Assembly: GCA_963725665.1 (NCBI GenBank)
Contig: CAVRZA010000002.1
Span: forward strand, 480,001 to 544,000
Reading direction: 5' to 3'
Length of the DNA: 64,000 nucleotides
Origin: an uncultured Actinomycetes bacterium
GTDB lineage: Bacteria; Actinomycetota; Thermoleophilia; UBA2241
Shown: piece by piece, positions 42,493-52,931 of the stretch
How positions within the stretch are numbered: the stretch's first letter is position 1
How the letters are laid out: each line of letters opens with the position of its first letter
The notes under the pieces: generated by a model
Seen by the model: only the letters and a program-made list of their open reading frames with translations
Told to the model about the DNA's origin: nothing
The model's database searches: none
Position numbers and translations under genes: made by a program

Positions 42493-44469
42493 ATGGCTGA
42501 AGACAAGATCGGCGTCTACTTCTGTCACTGCGGCACTAACATCGCCGGCAAGGTCGACGTGGCCGACGTCATCGAGTGGGCCGCGACGCAGCCCGGGGTG
42601 GTCGTGGCGCGGGAGTACAAGTACATGTGCTCCGACCCGGGGCAGGACCTGATCAAGAACGACATCCAGGAGATGGGACTCAACCGCGTGGTCGTCGCGG
42701 CCTGCTCGCCGACGATGCACGAGCCGACCTTCCGCAAGGCCGCCGGCGACGCCGGCCTCAACCCGTTCCTCCTGCAGATGGCGAACGTACGCGAGCACTG
42801 CTCGTGGGTCACGGTCGACCCCGTCGCCGCTACGGCCAAGGCAAAGCGTATCCTGAGCGCGCAGATCCACAGGCTGCCGTTCAACGAGCCGCTCAACCCC
42901 ATCGACGTGGCGGTCAATCCCGACGTCCTCGTGGTCGGCGGCGGCATCGCCGGCATCGAGGCGGCCCTCAAGCTGGCCGAGGCGGGCAAGCATGTCTACA
43001 TGGTCGAGCGCAACCCCTCGATCGGCGGCCACATGGCGATGTTCGACAAGACCTTCCCGACTCTCGACTGCGCGGCGTGCATCCTGACGCCCAAGATGTC
43101 GGCGCTCGGCAAGCATCCCAACATCACCCTCATGGCCTACTCCGAGGTGACCGAGGTCGACGGGTACGTAGGCAACTTCAAGGTCAAGGTCACCAAGAAG
43201 GCGAGCTATGTCGACAACGACAAATGCACCGGCTGCGGCGCCTGCCAGGAGGCCTGCGTCGTGCGCAAGGTAAGGAGCGAGTTCGACCAGGGTCTCGGGT
43301 ACCGCAGCGCGATCTACATCCCCTTCCCCCAGGCCGTGCCGCTGCGCGCCACGATCGACCCCGAGAAGTGCCTCACGCTGTCGAAGGGCAAGTGCAAACA
43401 GCAGGCCTGTGTCGGCGCCTGCGGGCCGGGCGCCATCGACTTCGAGCAGCAGGACGAGGTGGTCGATCTCGAGGTCGGTGCCATCATCATGGCCACGGGC
43501 TTCGAGCTCTTCGACTGCAGGACCGAGTCCAAGTACGGCTACGGGCGCCTCGACAACGTGATCACGAGCCTCGAGTTCGAGCGCCTGTCGAACGCGTCGG
43601 GACCGACCGGCGGGCACATCGTCTGCAAGAGCGGCGAAGCGCCCAAGTCGGTCGCCATCCTGCACTGCGTCGGCAGCCGCGACGAGAACTACCAGGAGTA
43701 CTGCTCGAAGGTCTGCTGCATGTACTCGCTCAAGTTCGCCCACCTCATCAGGGAGCACCTGCCCGAGACCGAGATCCACGAGCTCTACATCGACATGCGC
43801 ACCAACGGCAAGGGCTACGAGGAGTTCTACAAGCGCCTCATGAACGAGGACGTGAACTTTATCCGCGGCCGCGCCGCCGAGGTGAGCGACGTGGCGCTCA
43901 CGTCCGAGGAAGAGGGCAAGCTGATCGTGAAGGCCGAGGACACGCTGCTCGGCATCGTGCGCCGGCTTCCGGTCGACATGGTGATCCTCTCCGCCGGCAT
44001 GGCGCCGCCCCACGACGCCAAGGAGGTCTCGCAGGTCTTCGGCTTCGGCTGCAGCGCGAGCGGCTTCTACCTCGAGCGCCATCCCAAGCTGGAGCCGGTG
44101 GCGACCGTCACCGACGGCATCTTCATCGCCGGCGCCTGCCAGTACCCCAAGGACATCCCCGACACGGTGGCCCAGGCGGGCGCGGCAGCGGCCGGTGCGC
44201 TGACCCTGGTCAACAACGCGACGGTCAAGGTCGAGCCGACCATCTCCTACATCGACCCGGAGAAGTGCTCCGGCTGCCACATCTGCGTGGGAATCTGCCC
44301 ACATCAGGCGATCCAGTACAACGAGGAGAAGGGCGTCGCCGAGGTCATCGAGGCCGCCTGCAAGGGCTGCGGCGTGTGCGTCGCGGCTTGCGGCTCGAAC
44401 GTGCCGCAACAGCGCGGGTACCTCGACGGCCAGATCTTCGCCGAGATCGAAGGAGCGTTGGCCGTCTAG
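42493..44469 (+). CDS. hdrA: heterodisulfide reductase subunit A (flavin, electron-bifurcating)
   Basis: CHCGTNI, VGGGIAG, DKTFPTLDC, CVGSRD, YCSKVCCMY and ferredoxin motifs. Confidence 0.96.
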   Translation: MAEDKIGVYFCHCGTNIAGKVDVADVIEWAATQPGVVVAREYKYMCSDPGQDLIKNDIQEMGLNRVVVAACSPTMHEPTFRKAAGDAGLNPFLLQMANVREHCSWVTVDPVAATAKAKRILSAQIHRLPFNEPLNPIDVAVNPDVLVVGGGIAGIEAALKLAEAGKHVYMVERNPSIGGHMAMFDKTFPTLDCAACILTPKMSALGKHPNITLMAYSEVTEVDGYVGNFKVKVTKKASYVDNDKCTGCGACQEACVVRKVRSEFDQGLGYRSAIYIPFPQAVPLRATIDPEKCLTLSKGKCKQQACVGACGPGAIDFEQQDEVVDLEVGAIIMATGFELFDCRTESKYGYGRLDNVITSLEFERLSNASGPTGGHIVCKSGEAPKSVAILHCVGSRDENYQEYCSKVCCMYSLKFAHLIREHLPETEIHELYIDMRTNGKGYEEFYKRLMNEDVNFIRGRAAEVSDVALTSEEEGKLIVKAEDTLLGIVRRLPVDMVILSAGMAPPHDAKEVSQVFGFGCSASGFYLERHPKLEPVATVTDGIFIAGACQYPKDIPDTVAQAGAAAAGALTLVNNATVKVEPTISYIDPEKCSGCHICVGICPHQAIQYNEEKGVAEVIEAACKGCGVCVAACGSNVPQQRGYLDGQIFAEIEGALAV

Positions 44470-44496
44470 GCCGGCGAGGACGGGAGGAGTGAAGAC

Positions 44497-44985
44497 GTGA
44501 GCGACACCGTTTTCGAGCCGCGGCTGATCGGCTTCCTGTGCCGTTGGTGTAGCTACAACGGCGCCGACCTCGCCGGCACGGCGCGGATGAAGTACCCGCC
44601 CAACATGGTCCCCATTAAGACCAACTGCTCGGGCCGCGTCGACCCGACCTTCGTCATGAAGGCCTTCAAGGAGGGCGCCGACGGCGTGCTCATCGCGGGC
44701 TGCCATCCCGGTGACTGTCACTACATCAACGGCAACTATCGCACGGCTGGGCGCTATCCCCTGATGGAGATCCTCCTCCAGCAGCTCGGCCTCGAGCCGG
44801 GACGAGTGCGCCTCGAATGGATCTCGGCCGCCGAGGGCGACAAGTTCGCGCGCACGGTGAGCGAGTTCACCGAGCAGATCAGGGCGCTCGGGCCGCTTGA
44901 GTGGAGCACGCAGTTCAACGGCAATGGCTCCGGCAGAGAGATCACGGCGGGGGCGGAACAACGGCTCGAGGAGGTGCCGGCATGA
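44497..44985 (+). CDS. mvhD: methyl-viologen-reducing hydrogenase delta subunit
   Basis: FLCRWCSYNGADLAG, CSGRVD, GCHPGDCHY and WISAAEG. Confidence 0.95.
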   Translation: MSDTVFEPRLIGFLCRWCSYNGADLAGTARMKYPPNMVPIKTNCSGRVDPTFVMKAFKEGADGVLIAGCHPGDCHYINGNYRTAGRYPLMEILLQQLGLEPGRVRLEWISAAEGDKFARTVSEFTEQIRALGPLEWSTQFNGNGSGREITAGAEQRLEEVPA

Positions 44986-45977
44986 GCAAGCCCAAGCTGG
45001 CCCTCTACTGGGCCGCGAGCTGTGGCGGCTGTGAGATCGCCGTGCTCGAGATGAAGGAGAAGATCCTCGACGTCGCGGAGGCGTTCGACATCGTCTTCTG
45101 GCCGGTGGCGATCGACTTCAAGTACAAGGATGTCGAGGCGATGGACGACGGCTCCGTCGACGTCTGCCTGTTCAACGGCGCCATCCGCAACTCCGAGAAC
45201 GAATACCTGGCCAAGCTGCTGCGCCGCAAGGCGAAGGTCATGGTGGCCTTCGGCGCTTGCGCCAGCATGGGCGGCATCCCGGGGCTCGCCAACGTCGCCA
45301 CCAGGCGCGAGATCATGGACCTCGTCTATACGCAGGAACCGTCGGTCGACAACCCCGAGCGCGTGTTCCCGCAGACGAAGGTGATGGTCGAGGAAGGCGA
45401 GCTCGACCTGCCCGAGCTCTACGACACCGTGAAGACGCTCGACCAGACGGTTCCCGTCGACTACTACGTGCCTGGCTGCGCCCCTGAGGCCGACCAGATC
45501 TGGTCCGTCGTGAGCACGGTCATCGAGGCGCTCAAGACCGGCAAGCTGCCGCCCAAGGGCGCCGTGCTGGGAGCCGGCGAGAAGACCTGCTGCGACGAGT
45601 GCGAGCGGGTCAAGGAAGAGAAGAAGATCAGCGCTTTCAAGCGCCCCTGGGAGATCATCCCCGAGCCCGAGAAGTGCCTGCTCGAACAGGGCATCATCTG
45701 CATGGGTCCGGCGACGCGTGCCGGCTGCGGGACGCGTTGCGTGAAGGCCAACATGCCCTGCCGCGGCTGCTACGGGCCGCCTGTAGGCGTCATCGATCAG
45801 GGCGCCAAGATGCTGAGCACGGTGGCGTCGATCGTCGACGCCGAGACCCCCGAGAAGATCGCCGAGATCGCCGCCACCGTGCCCGATCCGCTGGGCACGT
45901 TCTACCGCTTCGGGCTCGCCAGCTCGTTGCTGCGGCGAGCGAAGGTCCCCGCGGCACGAAGTGAGGCACCGGTATGA
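44982..45977 (+). CDS. mvhG: [NiFe] group 3c hydrogenase small subunit
   Basis: SCGGC, GAC, PGC, CDEC, CMGPATRAGC and CRGCYGP. Confidence 0.93.
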   Translation: MSKPKLALYWAASCGGCEIAVLEMKEKILDVAEAFDIVFWPVAIDFKYKDVEAMDDGSVDVCLFNGAIRNSENEYLAKLLRRKAKVMVAFGACASMGGIPGLANVATRREIMDLVYTQEPSVDNPERVFPQTKVMVEEGELDLPELYDTVKTLDQTVPVDYYVPGCAPEADQIWSVVSTVIEALKTGKLPPKGAVLGAGEKTCCDECERVKEEKKISAFKRPWEIIPEPEKCLLEQGIICMGPATRAGCGTRCVKANMPCRGCYGPPVGVIDQGAKMLSTVASIVDAETPEKIAEIAATVPDPLGTFYRFGLASSLLRRAKVPAARSEAPV

Positions 45978-47443
45978 GAAAGATCAGCATCGATCCGATC
46001 ACCCGGCTCGAGGGCCACGGCAAGATCGAGATCTTCGTCAACGACGCCGGTGAGGTCGCCAACGTCTACTTCCAGGTGCCTGAACTGCGCGGCTTCGAGC
46101 GCTTCTGTGTCGGCCGGCCGGTCGAGGAGCTGGCGCGCATCACGCCGCGCATCTGTGGCGTGTGCCCAGAAGCGCACCACATGGCCTCGACCAAGGCCAT
46201 CGACGGTGTCTTCGGCGTCGAGCCCGCACCGGCCGGCCGCAAGCTGCGCGAGCTGCTCTACAACGCGTTCTTCGCCGGCGATCACACGACGCACTTCTTC
46301 GTGCTCGCCGGCCCCGACTTCGTCGTCGGGCCCACCGCCGACCCCGCCGAACGCAACATCCTGGGCGTCATCGCCAAGGTCGGCTTGGAGATCGGCGGTG
46401 CCGTCATCAAGATGCGCGCCGAGGCCAACGAGCTCGTCTCGATCATCGGCGGCAAGGCGATCCACCCCGTGTGTGGGCTGCCGGGCGGCGTGAGCAAGGC
46501 GCTTACGCCCGAGGAGCGTGACCGCGCCGTCGAGATCGCCACGGGCCAGGTCGAGTTCGCCAAGGTGGCGTTGCAGATCTTCGACGACGTGGTGCTGGGC
46601 AACCCAGTCTACGTCGACCTCATCAAGAGTGACGCCTTCGCCCACGAGACGTACTACATGGGGACGGTCGACGAGGACAACAAGGTCAACTTCTACGACG
46701 GCAAGGTCCGCGTGGTCGACCCGTCGGGGGCCGAGTTCGTCAAGTTCGAGGCCAAGGACTACCTCCAGCATCTGGCCGAGCACGTCGAGCCCTACAGCTA
46801 CCTGGTCTATCCGTATCTCAAGGGCGTGGGCTGGAAGGGCTTCGTCGACGGCAAGGAGTCGGGCGTCTATCGCGCCTCGCCGCTCAGCCGTTTGAACGCC
46901 TCCGACGGCATGACGACGCCTCTGGCGCAGGCTGAGTATGAGCGCATGTACGACACGCTCGGCGGCAAGCCGGTGCACGCCACGCTGGCTACGCACTGGG
47001 CACGGCTTGTGGAGCTCATGTATGCCGCCGAGCGCACCCTGGAGCTGGCGCAGGATCCCGAGATCACCGATCCCAACGTGAGGAACATCCCCACGGGGAT
47101 CGTCGGAGAGGGGATCGGGTGCGTCGAAGCCCCGCGCGGTACGCTCTATCACCACTACAAGACCGACGAGAAGGGGTTTGTGACTGCGGTCAACCTGATC
47201 GTGGGGACGACGAACAACAACGCCGCCATCTCCATGTCTCTCAAGAAGGCGGCCATGGGACTGATCAAGAAGGATGCCGAGATCGACGAGGGCCAGCTGA
47301 ACATGGTCGAGATGGCCTTCCGCGCCTACGACCCCTGCTTCGGCTGCGCCACGCACAGCCTGCCGGGGGAGATGCCGCTGCACGTGGTCGTGCGCTCTGA
47401 GAGCACCGGCGAGGTCCTGAGCAGCGTGAAGAGGCACATGTAG
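45974..47443 (+). CDS. mvhA: [NiFe] group 3c hydrogenase large subunit
   Basis: TRLEGH, RICGVC, EAPRG and YDPCFGCATH plus a cleavable C-terminal tail; Cys, not Sec. Confidence 0.96.
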   Translation: MRKISIDPITRLEGHGKIEIFVNDAGEVANVYFQVPELRGFERFCVGRPVEELARITPRICGVCPEAHHMASTKAIDGVFGVEPAPAGRKLRELLYNAFFAGDHTTHFFVLAGPDFVVGPTADPAERNILGVIAKVGLEIGGAVIKMRAEANELVSIIGGKAIHPVCGLPGGVSKALTPEERDRAVEIATGQVEFAKVALQIFDDVVLGNPVYVDLIKSDAFAHETYYMGTVDEDNKVNFYDGKVRVVDPSGAEFVKFEAKDYLQHLAEHVEPYSYLVYPYLKGVGWKGFVDGKESGVYRASPLSRLNASDGMTTPLAQAEYERMYDTLGGKPVHATLATHWARLVELMYAAERTLELAQDPEITDPNVRNIPTGIVGEGIGCVEAPRGTLYHHYKTDEKGFVTAVNLIVGTTNNNAAISMSLKKAAMGLIKKDAEIDEGQLNMVEMAFRAYDPCFGCATHSLPGEMPLHVVVRSESTGEVLSSVKRHM

Positions 47444-47445
47444 GC

Positions 47446-47991
47446 ATGGATCACCACACCCTCGTCTTGGGCATGGGCAACCCGATCCTGTCGGACGACG
47501 CGGTCGGGCTTCTCGTGGCGCAGCGCTTCGCCGAGAGACCCATGCCCGACGGGGTGGAGGTGCTCGAGAGCGAGCAGGGTGGTCTTCGCCTGCTCGACCT
47601 CGTTCGTGGTTTCACGAGGTTGATCATTATCGACGCCCTCAAGAGCGGGCGTACACCCGGTGAGGTCACCATCTTCACCGAGGCCGATTTCGCCGGTGGT
47701 CACCGCTACGGGTCGGCGCACTCGATCAGCTTGCGCACCGCGCTCGAACTGGGGCGGCAGCTGGGGTACGACATGCCCGAGAGGGTGACCGTGTTCGCGA
47801 TCGAGGCCGACGACGTGGAGACGTTCGGCGAGCGGCTGTCGCCGCCTGTGGCGGCGGCGGCCGCTCGCGTCGTTGAGCTCGTCGAAGCCGAAGTAGGGAT
47901 CCTTCCGCCGGCGGGCACGGGTCCGCCGGCGGGGGCGCGGGCGCTTCGGGATTCGTGGACTGAGCGAGGAGGGAGGTCTTCGAGTGCGTGA
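47446..47991 (+). CDS. hydrogenase maturation protease
   Basis: LGMGNPILSDDAVG, IIDA, SAH. Confidence 0.9.
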   Translation: MDHHTLVLGMGNPILSDDAVGLLVAQRFAERPMPDGVEVLESEQGGLRLLDLVRGFTRLIIIDALKSGRTPGEVTIFTEADFAGGHRYGSAHSISLRTALELGRQLGYDMPERVTVFAIEADDVETFGERLSPPVAAAAARVVELVEAEVGILPPAGTGPPAGARALRDSWTERGGRSSSA

Positions 47992-48854
47992 CGCGAGCGT
48001 CGTCCTGTTCACCGATCAGCCCGTCGACGCCGTGCGCGCCGCTCTGCACGGCATCTGGGACACCTCCACGCCTTACGAGATCATCGTCATGGCAAGCCGC
48101 TGCGACGAGGAGATCGCCGGCTATCTCATGCGCCAGTACCGCCGCGGCAAGATATCGAGCTTCGCCTTCGACATGGGGGGCGCGCCGGCGACCCACTGCG
48201 GTCTCGACCGCGGCTTCCATTTCGCCGACGGCAAGTACCTGGTGCGGGTGCAGGACGGGCTCGTCTTCGAGCCGGGCTGGCTCGAGCAGGCCATCGACGC
48301 GCTCGAAGCGGCCCCCGAGATCGGCTGCCTCGGACTGGTCGAGCCGGGCGGGCGCCGACGACGCGGACGTCCGCCCAAGCCGCGCCACAAGGCGGTGCTC
48401 GTCGATACCGTCGACACGACCTGCTTCATCACTCCGCACTACGCCTTCGAGCGACACGAGAGCGAGCTGCTCGGAGCAGCGGCTGGCCGAACATTGCGCC
48501 TATCAGACGCGGCTCAAGGAGATCGGCATGCAGCTGGCGTTCTACCCGGGTCTCGTCAAACGCGCCGACGCCGAGACGGCCGTCGCGAACGGCCGCGTTG
48601 AGATCGACGCGGAGCTTCCCCTGCACGATGGGAGCAGCGGGGTGCAGCAGCGCATCCACCAGGTGTACGAGCTGGGCGAGGACGTCTTGCTTACCTGCAT
48701 GTCCTGCGGCAACAATGAGCTGGAAGTGCGGGCCGCCACGGTCGAGTTCTGCCCGACTCACGGTTCGCCTGTCGGATACACGTACACGCTTCGCTGTGGC
48801 TCGTGCCACGAGCTGCAGTACGAGGAGGACATGCAGCTTACATGTCCGGGCTAG
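47984..48854 (+). CDS. uncharacterised GT-A-fold-like protein with C-terminal Cys/His zinc-ribbon (frameshift near 48480)
   Basis: YEIIV...ADGKYLVRVQDGLVFEPGWL (GT2-like); CMSC..CPTH..CGSCH; overlaps both neighbours. Confidence 0.6.
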
Positions 48855-51531
48855 AGCCCCCCGCCGACCCGCCGGAGGGGCGTGAGCCCTCGGTCGCGGC
48901 CGCGGTGTTCCGCGTGAGCGGCGTCGTCCAGGGAGTCGGCTTTCGTCCCTTCGTCTACGCGCTCGCCCGTCGCTGCGGCCTGAGGGGCTGGGTGCGCAAC
49001 ACCTCTGCCGGTGTCGAGATCGCGGTCGAGGGAGCGGCGGCCGACGTCGAGTCGTTCGCCGCCGCTCTGCCCGACGAGGCGCCTGAGAGGGCTTTCATCG
49101 CCTCGCTCGAGCGCGCGCCGGCCGAGCCCACCGGGGCCGCCAAGTTCGTCATCCTCGAGAGCGCCGCGGACCCGACCGCATACCAGCTCGTCTCGCCCGA
49201 CATCGCGCTCTGTGACGACTGCCGACGGGAGCTGCTCGATCCCTCCGACAGGCGCTACCGCTACCCGTTCATCAACTGCACCAACTGCGGTCCGCGCTTC
49301 ACCATCATCGAGTCCCTGCCCTACGACCGCGAGCGCACGACGATGCGCGGCTTCACGCTCTGCGACGACTGCCGGCGCGAGTATCGCGACCCGAGCGACC
49401 GGCGCTTTCACGCCGAGCCGATCGCCTGTCCCGTGTGCGGACCCCACGTCGAGTTGTGGCGGCGCGGCGCGTGGGAACCCGACTCGTCGGGCGCCGTCGC
49501 GCCGCAGGCGCAGCTCGTTGCCGAGCGCGACGAGGCGATCCGGCTCGCCGGCGGAGTGCTGCGCGAAGGCGCCATCGTGGCGGTGAAGGGTCTAGGCGGC
49601 TTTCACCTCGCTTGCGATGCGACCAACGGCGACGTGGTACGCGAGCTCAAGCGCCGCAAAGGACGGCCCGACAAGCCGCTGGCCGTGATGATGACCGACC
49701 TCGAGGAGATTCACCGCCACTGCACGACCGACGCGATCGAGGAGGAGCTGCTGGCCTCGCCGGAGCAGCCCATCGTGCTCGTGCGCTGGCCGGCCGGAGA
49801 AGCGGCGGCGCGAGCGAAGCTGGGAAACGGGGAAGAGTCGGCCGGAGCAGCGGCGGCGCGAGCAGGGCTGGGGAGGAGGGACGGCTCGGCGAGCGGCATG
49901 AGGCCGTGCGGAGACGAAGGGGGTATCGACCCCGAGGTAGCCGTGCGCCAGCGCTACTTGGGGGTGATGCTGCCGTACACCCCCCTGCACGTGCTGCTGC
50001 TGCGAGAGGCCGGTCGGCCCCTCGTCATGACGAGCGGCAACCTTGCGGAGGAGCCGATCGTCGCGACGTGGGACGAGCTCGCGCGGTTGGGCGGGATCCC
50101 CGACTACTACCTCGTGCACGATCGCGACATCTACGCTCGCTACGACGACTCCGTGGCGCTCGTGCGCGCCGGCCGGCCGCGGCTGGTGCGCCGTTCGCGC
50201 GGCTACGCTCCCTTCCCGGTGGCCCTGCCGCGCGCACTGCCGAAAGTCCTCGCCTGCGGCGCCGAGCTGAAGAACTCCTTCTGCCTCACGCGCGACGCCA
50301 ACGCCTTCGTGAGCCAGCACATCGGCGACCTCGAGAACCTCGAGACACTCGAGCACTTCGAGGTCGCCGTCGAGCTGTACAAGTCCCTGTTCCGGCTCGA
50401 GCCGGAGCTCGTCGCCTACGACCTGCACCCCGAGTACCTGGCGACCAAGTACGCGCTCGGCCTGCCGGGGCCGAAGCTGGGCGTGCAGCATCACCACGCG
50501 CACGTCGCCGCTTGTCTCGTCGAGCACCGGCGGGCCGAGCGCGTGATCGGCGTGAGCATGGACGGGCTCGGGTTCGGGACCGACGGCCGCCTCTGGGGCG
50601 GCGAGATCATGGCCTGCGACCTCAGCGGCTTTCGCCGTCTCGCCCACCTCGAGGAGCTGCCGCTGCCTGGTGGCGCGCTCGCCATCCGCAGGCCGGCGCG
50701 CACCGCCGCGGGCTGGGTCGCGGCCCTGCTCGGGCCGGACGCGGCGCGCCGCGCCGCTGCCCGGGTAGGCTGGGCAGGGGAGGCCACGCATCGGCGCGAC
50801 GGTGCGGACGGGGGACGAGGCCTGCTGGGTGAGGATGAGCTCGAGGCTGTGCTGCGGCAGGTCGAGACGGGCGTCAACGCGCCGTCGACGACGAGCTGCG
50901 GCCGGCTCTTCGACGCCGTCGCCGCCCTCGCCGGTGTGCGGGGCGAGATCACCTATGAAGGCCAGGCGGCGATCGAGCTGGAGATGGCTTCGTCACCAGG
51001 CGCCGAGCCGTACCCCTACGTGGTTGACGAGAGGGATGCGCGGCCGGGCGACGTCTGGGGCTCCATGGCGGGTGGCGCCGGCGGCGCCGGCCGCGGCAGC
51101 TCGCTCAGGGGCGCCGACGAGGCAGGTCAGACGAGCTTGGGCGAGGGTGGCGGCGGGGAGAGGCCGGTGTCTGGGTCATCAGGCTGGCCCCTCTCTTCGA
51201 AACGCTGCTGGGCGAGCTCGCCCGTGGGCGCGAGCCGGCCCCGGCGCGAGCCGGCTCGCGCCTGCACGCCACCATCCCGGCGATGATCCTCGACATCTGC
51301 CGCCGGGTGCGCCGCGACGAGGGCCTGGGCACCGTCGCGCTGTCGGGGGGTGTCTTTCAGAACCGCCTCCTCACCGATCTCTGTGAGGAGGCGCTGGAGG
51401 GCGACGGGTTCGAGGTCCTCACGCATGCCCTGGTGCCGCCCAACGACGGCGGCCTCTCCCTTGGTCAGGCCGCCGTCGCTGGCTATACTCTCCTGCGCGA
51501 GGCCACCGCCGCGTCCTCTGAAGGCAGGTAG
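48842..51531 (+). CDS. hypF: carbamoyltransferase HypF (3' frameshift near 51170)
   Basis: VQGVGFRPFV, Zn fingers, KGLGGFHL, QHHHAH, SGGVFQN and NDGGLSLGQ. Confidence 0.94.
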
Positions 51532-51534
51532 CCC

Positions 51535-51777
51535 GTGTGTCTCGCGGTCCCCATGCGCATCGTCTCGATCGACGACGGCACGGCCACGATCGAATCCGGC
51601 GGGCTCACGCAGCGCGCCAGCCTGATGCTCGTGCCGGAGGCCGTCGTCGGCGACTTCGTGCTCGTGCACGCCGGCTATCGCCATCACCGTGCTCGACGCC
51701 GACGAGGCGGCCGAACGCGAGCGGCTCTTCGCCGAGCTCCTCGAGGCAGAAGACGAGCTGGGCTCGGAGCCGCGTGA
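51535..51777 (+). CDS. hypC: hydrogenase chaperone HypC (frameshift near 51680)
   Basis: MCLAVP and GDFVLVHAG. Confidence 0.9.
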   Translation: MCLAVPMRIVSIDDGTATIESGGLTQRASLMLVPEAVVGDFVLVHAGYRHHRARRRRGGRTRAALRRAPRGRRRAGLGAA

Positions 51778-52931
51778 GCGACCCGGGCGCAGTCCCGGCG
51801 GGCCGGGGTCGCCGGCGAGCGATCGCGAGCGCGGTCCCGGCCGGGACCGGCGCGAGCGAGCGCGTCTCGGCGCTCGCGCGGGCGCTGTCTGCCGCGGCGG
51901 CCGAGCGTGGGCCGGCCACCTACATGGAGGTCTGCGGCACGCACACCATGGCCATCTCGCGCTTCGGCCTGCGCGAGTTGCTCCCGGAGTCGATCCGCCT
52001 CGTGTCGGGGCCCGGTTGTCCCGTCTGTGTGACGGCGACGGGGGATCTCGATGTGGCCGTCGCGCTGGCGCGCCTGCCGCAGGTCACGCTGGTCACCTTC
52101 GGCGACCTCGTGCGCGTGCCGGCCTCGAGGTCGACGCTCGCCGACGAGCGCGCCGCCGGAGCTGACGTGCGCGTGGTCTACTCGGCCGCCGACGCGGTCG
52201 AGCTCGCTGCGCGACTGCCCCGGCGCGAGGTCGTCTTCGTCGGCATCGGCTTCGAGACGACGGCGCCCACCGTCGCGGCGGCCGTCATCTCGGCTCGCGA
52301 TCGTGGGCTGGCGAACTTCTCGCTCCTGAGCCTGCACAAGACCATGCCCGGGGCGCTGCGCGCCTTGCTCGACGCCGAGGAGGTCGCCATCGAGGGCTTC
52401 CTTCTGCCCGGCCACGTGAGCGTGATCACGGGTAGCGAGTGCTACCGCTTCGTGGCCGAGGAGTACGGCGTGGGAGGCGTGGTCGCGGGCTTCGAGGCCG
52501 ATGACGTGCTCGAGGCGCTGGTCATGCTGGCGCGTCAGCGCACGCCGGCGATCGAGATCGGCTATCGTCGCGCCGTGCATCCAGAGGGCAACCTCGTGGC
52601 GCAAGCGCTCATGGCGGAGGTGTTCGAGCCGTGCGACGCCGCGTGGCGCGGGCTGGGAACGATCACTGGGTCAGGTCTCAGGCTGGCGCCGGCGTTCCGC
52701 TCGTATGCCGTCGAGGAGCGCCTGCCGGTCGAGGCCGGCGAGACGATCGAGCCGGCGGGGTGCGCCTGCGGCTCCGTGCTGCGCGGAGCTCTGGATCCGA
52801 TCGACTGCCCCCTGTTCGCGGGCCGCTGCACCCCGGTCTCGCCCGTGGGTCCGTGCATGGTGTCGAGCGAGGGCTCGTGTGCGGCGCGCTACCGGTATCG
52901 TGGTGTCGAGGGAAACGAGGCCGGACGGTGA
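51774..52931 (+). CDS. hypD: hydrogenase maturation protein HypD
   Basis: MEVCGTH, GPGCPVC, GFETT, PGHVS and GPCMVSSEG. Confidence 0.96.
   Translation: MSDPGAVPAGRGRRRAIASAVPAGTGASERVSALARALSAAAAERGPATYMEVCGTHTMAISRFGLRELLPESIRLVSGPGCPVCVTATGDLDVAVALARLPQVTLVTFGDLVRVPASRSTLADERAAGADVRVVYSAADAVELAARLPRREVVFVGIGFETTAPTVAAAVISARDRGLANFSLLSLHKTMPGALRALLDAEEVAIEGFLLPGHVSVITGSECYRFVAEEYGVGGVVAGFEADDVLEALVMLARQRTPAIEIGYRRAVHPEGNLVAQALMAEVFEPCDAAWRGLGTITGSGLRLAPAFRSYAVEERLPVEAGETIEPAGCACGSVLRGALDPIDCPLFAGRCTPVSPVGPCMVSSEGSCAARYRYRGVEGNEAGR

Noticed and set aside
42469-44961. Long antisense or alternative-frame ORFs (e.g. 830 aa, 747 aa at 21828, 668 aa at 648)
   Set aside because: They are GC-rich shadow frames of well-supported genes and have no recognisable motifs
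41022-47443. Selenocysteine in Hdr/Mvh subunits
   Set aside because: The frames are open and have Cys at the positions where Sec occurs in some homologues (e.g. DPCFGC); there is no in-frame TGA
16313-51777. Programmed frameshifting or mass pseudogenisation (shifts near 16400, 16610, 17050, 19287, 19465, 25140, 29115, 31175, 37720, 48480, 51170, 51680)
   Set aside because: These are scattered single-base indels in otherwise intact genes with no slippery motifs; long-read consensus error is the simpler explanation
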